DNA of 19,836 nt from Verrucomicrobiota bacterium (GTDB taxonomy: Bacteria; Verrucomicrobiota; Verrucomicrobiia; Limisphaerales; CANJXF01), in contig JBBQRQ010000093.1 in the NCBI GenBank assembly GCA_038214755.1, positions 1-19,836 on the forward strand. Reading direction: 5' to 3'. The position numbers and the translations under genes were made by a program. The notes below the pieces were generated by a model. The model had not been told where the DNA came from. It did not search any database and saw only the letters and a list, made by a program, of their open reading frames with translations. Below, in pieces: positions 16,554-19,836 of this stretch (position 1 is the stretch's first letter; each line of letters starts with the position of its first letter).

Positions 16554-16775
16554 TTAAACTTCCCAAACCAAATCGCGGAGTCGAACTTTTAAAGCGTTGG
16601 CAATTCTAACCAAAGAGTCCACCGCGATTGTTTTTTTTCCGCATTCCAGATGGCTTATATAGGTCGGATGAAGCTCGGCCTTTTCCGCGAGTTTCTCCTG
16701 ACTTAGGCCTGCATGTTTTCGATGCCGCCGAATCGATTCACCTAAAATTTCGCGATGTTTTTTAACTGCCGCCAC
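16554..16775 (-). CDS. XRE-family helix-turn-helix regulator (controller/C-protein-like)
   Basis: LGESIRRHRKHAGLSQEKLAEKAELHPTYISHLECGKKTIAVDSLVRIANALKV. 73 aa, GTG start. Confidence 0.9.
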   Translation of the reverse strand: MAAVKKHREILGESIRRHRKHAGLSQEKLAEKAELHPTYISHLECGKKTIAVDSLVRIANALKVRLRDLVWEV

Positions 16776-16809
16776 GGTTCGCCAACGAAAACATGAGAAT
16801 ATCGGCTAG

Positions 16810-16822
16810 CCATAGACTATGG
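16810..16822. promoter_or_regulatory. Candidate operator palindrome between the divergent XRE and secreted-protein genes
   Basis: Perfect CCATAG-A-CTATGG, 34 nt upstream of the XRE start. Confidence 0.5.
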
Positions 16823-16883
16823 GACAATTGACTTGCGTCGTGGAAATCAATTTCTTAACGTCAACCCGTCAAAGACAAAACTT

Positions 16884-18191
16884 ATGAAAAATATTCGCGT
16901 ATTCATTACGGCAATAGTTCTTCTCGCCTCCGTTCATTTCACTTCCGCGATTGAGGGACTCACTCTCTCGATCCAGAGCAGCAACGTAGTTTTGACGTGG
17001 CCGAGCGTTGAAGGAGAAATGTACATCGTTGAGCATCGCTCGACGCTCGACACCAATACGACCTGGGAAATATTGACCAATTACGTTCCAGCAGCGGTCG
17101 GCACAAACAAGACGAGTTTTGTGCATTCCAATCAAGTCACGCCGCATGAAAATTTCAGCGACAGTGGTTCCGAAACGAGTGATGCGAAATACAAGAAATG
17201 GGAAGATAAGGAACCAGCGCTGCCCCCGTTACCATGGGACCAAACCACTTGGCCCACGACAACTTCCTTCAGCGTGAACGGACCTGGCCCAGATAATTGC
17301 TGCGGTGTGGAGATGGGATTTTATCTTGTTATTGGATACGGTGAAGACACAGATGGCGATGGGTTTGACAATCTCACAGAATTGGTGCTCGGCAGTGACC
17401 CTCTGGTGCGTGAGGGCGATGCAACATCTCTCACCAATGGCGGTGTTTATTCCGGAGAGGTGAACATCACGTTTACTCCTTCGAGCAACTACACCAACAT
17501 TCTTGGACCGATGTTGTATGCCGATGGCGTGTTGGCCAATAGTCTTATAACGACAGAGCCATCTTCTGGAAATCTTCGGCTCCAATGGCACAGCGTGTTC
17601 GTTCACACCGCCAGCAGTTCGTCGCTTATGACAACGGAGGGACCTGGTCCGACTCCGCCGACTGTGAATTTCACAAAAGAGGAAAGCGACTTGTTAGCGG
17701 ACGCTTTTGGGCCAGGCACTAAAACGGCGGAGAACATCATCAGCAAACCAAACCAGGCGAAAGTTGATCTGTTGCCGCGAGAGTTGTTGGAGAGGTACGA
17801 ACAATTTGCCGCAGCATCAGTAAAAGAGACTTTCCAACTTATTCAAAAAGCAAATAAAGGCACATACGTTCCCGCTGGCGGACTGGAAAATTTTATGCGC
17901 GCGCGCATTGCTTTCGTTCACACTCAATTTACAAGGATGCAAGTCATCACTAGCTCGCTCTCTCGCCGGTTCGGTCGCGCGGTCAATCGCGTCTTACCTT
18001 TTCTCGGCGGAATTATTATTCTCGCAAACGCAGATAACATATCGGCAAATTTTCTCAGCGCGATGAATGCCTATGCCCGCGATATTGCCAGGGGAGAAGA
18101 CGAAACGGGCGACGCCGCGATTTTGGCCGGATATTGCAATGATCTCGCGCCTGGTTCCGGTAATATCGTTCTCAATTATCTTCTGCGATGA
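16884..18191 (+). CDS. Secreted modular hypothetical protein, candidate polymorphic toxin
   Basis: Signal peptide MKNIRVFITAIVLLASVHFTSA, beta-rich domain (VVLTWPS...YIVEHRSTL...W), Ca-binding-like DTDGDGFDNLTELVLGSDP, Ig-like segment, linker TTEGPGPTPPT, helical C-terminal domain with hydrophobic VLPFLGGIIILANA. Confidence 0.8.
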   Translation: MKNIRVFITAIVLLASVHFTSAIEGLTLSIQSSNVVLTWPSVEGEMYIVEHRSTLDTNTTWEILTNYVPAAVGTNKTSFVHSNQVTPHENFSDSGSETSDAKYKKWEDKEPALPPLPWDQTTWPTTTSFSVNGPGPDNCCGVEMGFYLVIGYGEDTDGDGFDNLTELVLGSDPLVREGDATSLTNGGVYSGEVNITFTPSSNYTNILGPMLYADGVLANSLITTEPSSGNLRLQWHSVFVHTASSSSLMTTEGPGPTPPTVNFTKEESDLLADAFGPGTKTAENIISKPNQAKVDLLPRELLERYEQFAAASVKETFQLIQKANKGTYVPAGGLENFMRARIAFVHTQFTRMQVITSSLSRRFGRAVNRVLPFLGGIIILANADNISANFLSAMNAYARDIARGEDETGDAAILAGYCNDLAPGSGNIVLNYLLR

Positions 18192-18691
18192 AATATCCTG
18201 CCTTTATAATTTTTCAGGACGCGCGTCTATTCCAAGCCAGCTATTTGGAACAAACCGGCGATATCGAAGTGTTTGCCTTTCGAGGACGGGAATATCGTTT
18301 TGCCGGGCAGTGTCCGTTCTACCATCATTTAACTGACGCGGAGAAACGGCTCATCGGCTTCGTCTTAGACGGCGCGAACAATATTACAAAAGCTCTGGGC
18401 TGGTTTGAATGGATCAAGGCTGGAGAAAACAAATTTTTTGATGAGTCTTTCGAGATTTATTTTTATCTCAAGTGGCCCCAGCCGATACAATGGGATCACG
18501 ACGGTTCCACAATGATTGCCGCCAATGTGTACCACGATGGGCAAGGAGATTTTCTCATCACCATCGACGATACCAAAGCTACTGGCAGAGATGGTCAGTT
18601 TCAAAATCTCTGGAGCAGTATTACTTTCCCGCTGGCGCCTGCCGATCAGTTTCAAGTCATCAAATGCTTCCCGGCGTTTCAGAAATCCTAA
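18188..18691 (+). CDS. Hypothetical cytoplasmic protein, candidate immunity protein
   Basis: 167 aa. ATGA overlap with the upstream stop. Aromatic- and acid-rich, with no signal peptide. Confidence 0.75.
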   Translation: MKYPAFIIFQDARLFQASYLEQTGDIEVFAFRGREYRFAGQCPFYHHLTDAEKRLIGFVLDGANNITKALGWFEWIKAGENKFFDESFEIYFYLKWPQPIQWDHDGSTMIAANVYHDGQGDFLITIDDTKATGRDGQFQNLWSSITFPLAPADQFQVIKCFPAFQKS

Positions 18692-18907
18692 ATGTAAAGA
18701 ACTCCGAAACCGGGAGACTGAAAACGACTTGCCAACAGAAGAGCACTTCGCGACCAGCGCAATTCTTGCAACACTTTGGCTTTCGCCTGCGGATCTCTTT
18801 CGTCTCGGATTTCGGAATTTGGATTTTAAGTTCGACGCATTGCGCCAATGAAATTTGTTGATAGAAACAGACACATTCATCGCTCGTAAAATATTTCTAA
18901 ATACCTC

Positions 18908-18935
18908 TTGCGCGACAAAGACTCGCTGATATATT
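18908..18935 (+). promoter_or_regulatory. Candidate sigma70 promoter for rplB
   Basis: TTGCGC(18908-18913)-N16-TATATT(18930-18935), preceded by an AT-rich tract. Confidence 0.45.
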
Positions 18936-18942
18936 CCGCGTC

Positions 18943-19027
18943 CCGTTGCACCGGCAGGGTGCGCGGCAGCGATTTCAGCGTGACCGATAACTGACGCCTT
19001 TCCCGGCGCAGGATTGATGGCCAACGC
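18943..19027 (+). promoter_or_regulatory. Candidate structured 5' leader RNA of rplB
   Basis: Hairpin CCGTTGCACC/GGTGCGCGG (18943-18966). Second stem GCGTGACC.../...GGCCAACGC (18978-19027) encloses CTGACGCC/GGCGCAG through a GA-rich internal loop. Folded by eye. Confidence 0.4.
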
Positions 19028-19059
19028 ACTCCAAGCTGTAATTTGGATTTTTGATTTTT

Positions 19060-19836
19060 ATGCCTGTAAAGAGCTTTAGACCTTTAACGCCATCGACGCG
19101 CTATATCACCATAGCGTCGTTCGATGACATTACGAAAACGCATCCGGAAAAGAGCTTGATCGAGATCAAGAAAAAAACCGGCGGACGCAATCATTACGGT
19201 CGCGTTACCAGTCGCGGTTGGGGCGGCGGCCATAAACAGTTTCATCGCCTCGTCGATTTCAAACGGCACAAGCACGGAGTCGAAGCGGACGTGATCGCGA
19301 TTGAATACGATCCTCTGCGCACGGCGCGGCTGGCGTTATTGCAATATAAAGATGGCGTCAAGACTTACATCATCGCGCCGGTTGGTTTGACGGTTGGCAA
19401 AAAATTGATGAGCGGCCCGACGGCTCCTCCTGAGGTTGGGAACAGTTTGCCGCTGAGCGCAATTCCGGTTGGTTTGCCGATTCATAATATCGAAATAACT
19501 CCCGGTCGCGGCGCGCAGATGGTTCGCACCGCGGGTGGCGCGGCAACATTGATGTCGCGTGACGAAGGTTACGCGCAAATCAAATTGCCTTCCGGCGAAA
19601 TACGTCGTGTGAATGAAAATTGTTACGCGACTCTTGGACAGGTCGGGAATACCGAACACGAAAATGTCGTTCTCGGAAAAGCAGGGCGCAGTCGCCACCG
19701 CGGAATTCATCCGTTGAGCCGCGCGGTCGCGAAGAACCCGGTTGACCATCCGATGGGCGGCGGTGCTGGTAAAACTTCTGGCGGCGGACATCCGGTCACT
19801 CCGTGGGGTGTCATCACGAAGGGATACCGCACTCGT
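19060..19836 (+). CDS. rplB: 50S ribosomal protein L2 (uL2), cut by the window edge and absent from the ORF track
   Basis: MPVKSFRPLTPSTRY, KTGGRNHYGRVTSR, GGGHK, IEYDPLRTARLALLQY, IHNIE, RTAG, KLPSGE, GKAGRSR, NPVDHPMGGG, PWG. Confidence 0.97.
   Translation, partial: MPVKSFRPLTPSTRYITIASFDDITKTHPEKSLIEIKKKTGGRNHYGRVTSRGWGGGHKQFHRLVDFKRHKHGVEADVIAIEYDPLRTARLALLQYKDGVKTYIIAPVGLTVGKKLMSGPTAPPEVGNSLPLSAIPVGLPIHNIEITPGRGAQMVRTAGGAATLMSRDEGYAQIKLPSGEIRRVNENCYATLGQVGNTEHENVVLGKAGRSRHRGIHPLSRAVAKNPVDHPMGGGAGKTSGGGHPVTPWGVITKGYRTR

Noticed and set aside
18365..19024. 219-aa minus-strand ORF
   Set aside because: It overlaps the coupled 167-aa gene and the rplB promoter and leader, and has no recognisable domain.
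18943..19027. Known metabolite riboswitch upstream of rplB
   Set aside because: I could not match the consensus of any riboswitch class I know. It is kept only as an unassigned leader candidate.
19336..19791. 151-aa minus-strand ORF
   Set aside because: It is the antisense shadow of rplB.

Overview
Bacterial chromosomal window, most likely Verrucomicrobiota. This is an inference from the PVC-type CxxCH protein, the leaderless-type promoters and the palindromic repeat styles. The left part, all on the minus strand, holds a small membrane protein, thyA with a ~38-aa loop insertion, a GH-A hydrolase/GT2 fusion and an orphan TolC. A co-oriented plus-strand accessory island (~6098-11512) follows. 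It contains a nonsense-broken toxin-like gene (absent from the ORF track) with an intact partner, an intact antitoxin-MazF/PemK pair, a ParE/RelE remnant, an intact NurA nuclease-HerA ATPase pair (HerA has an extra C-terminal domain) and a J-domain gene broken by a REP-like palindrome. Further right are a radical SAM gene and a PVC-type heme protein carrying an in-frame coding palindrome. Next comes a C-protein-like XRE regulator, divergent from a secreted modular protein and its translationally coupled partner (candidate toxin-immunity pair). The window ends inside rplB, which lacks its usual rplW neighbour and has its own candidate promoter and structured leader. At least seven palindromic REP/MITE-like elements of different sequence are present. 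No CRISPR, rRNA, tRNA or transposase was seen. All family assignments come from motif recognition by eye, not from database searches.
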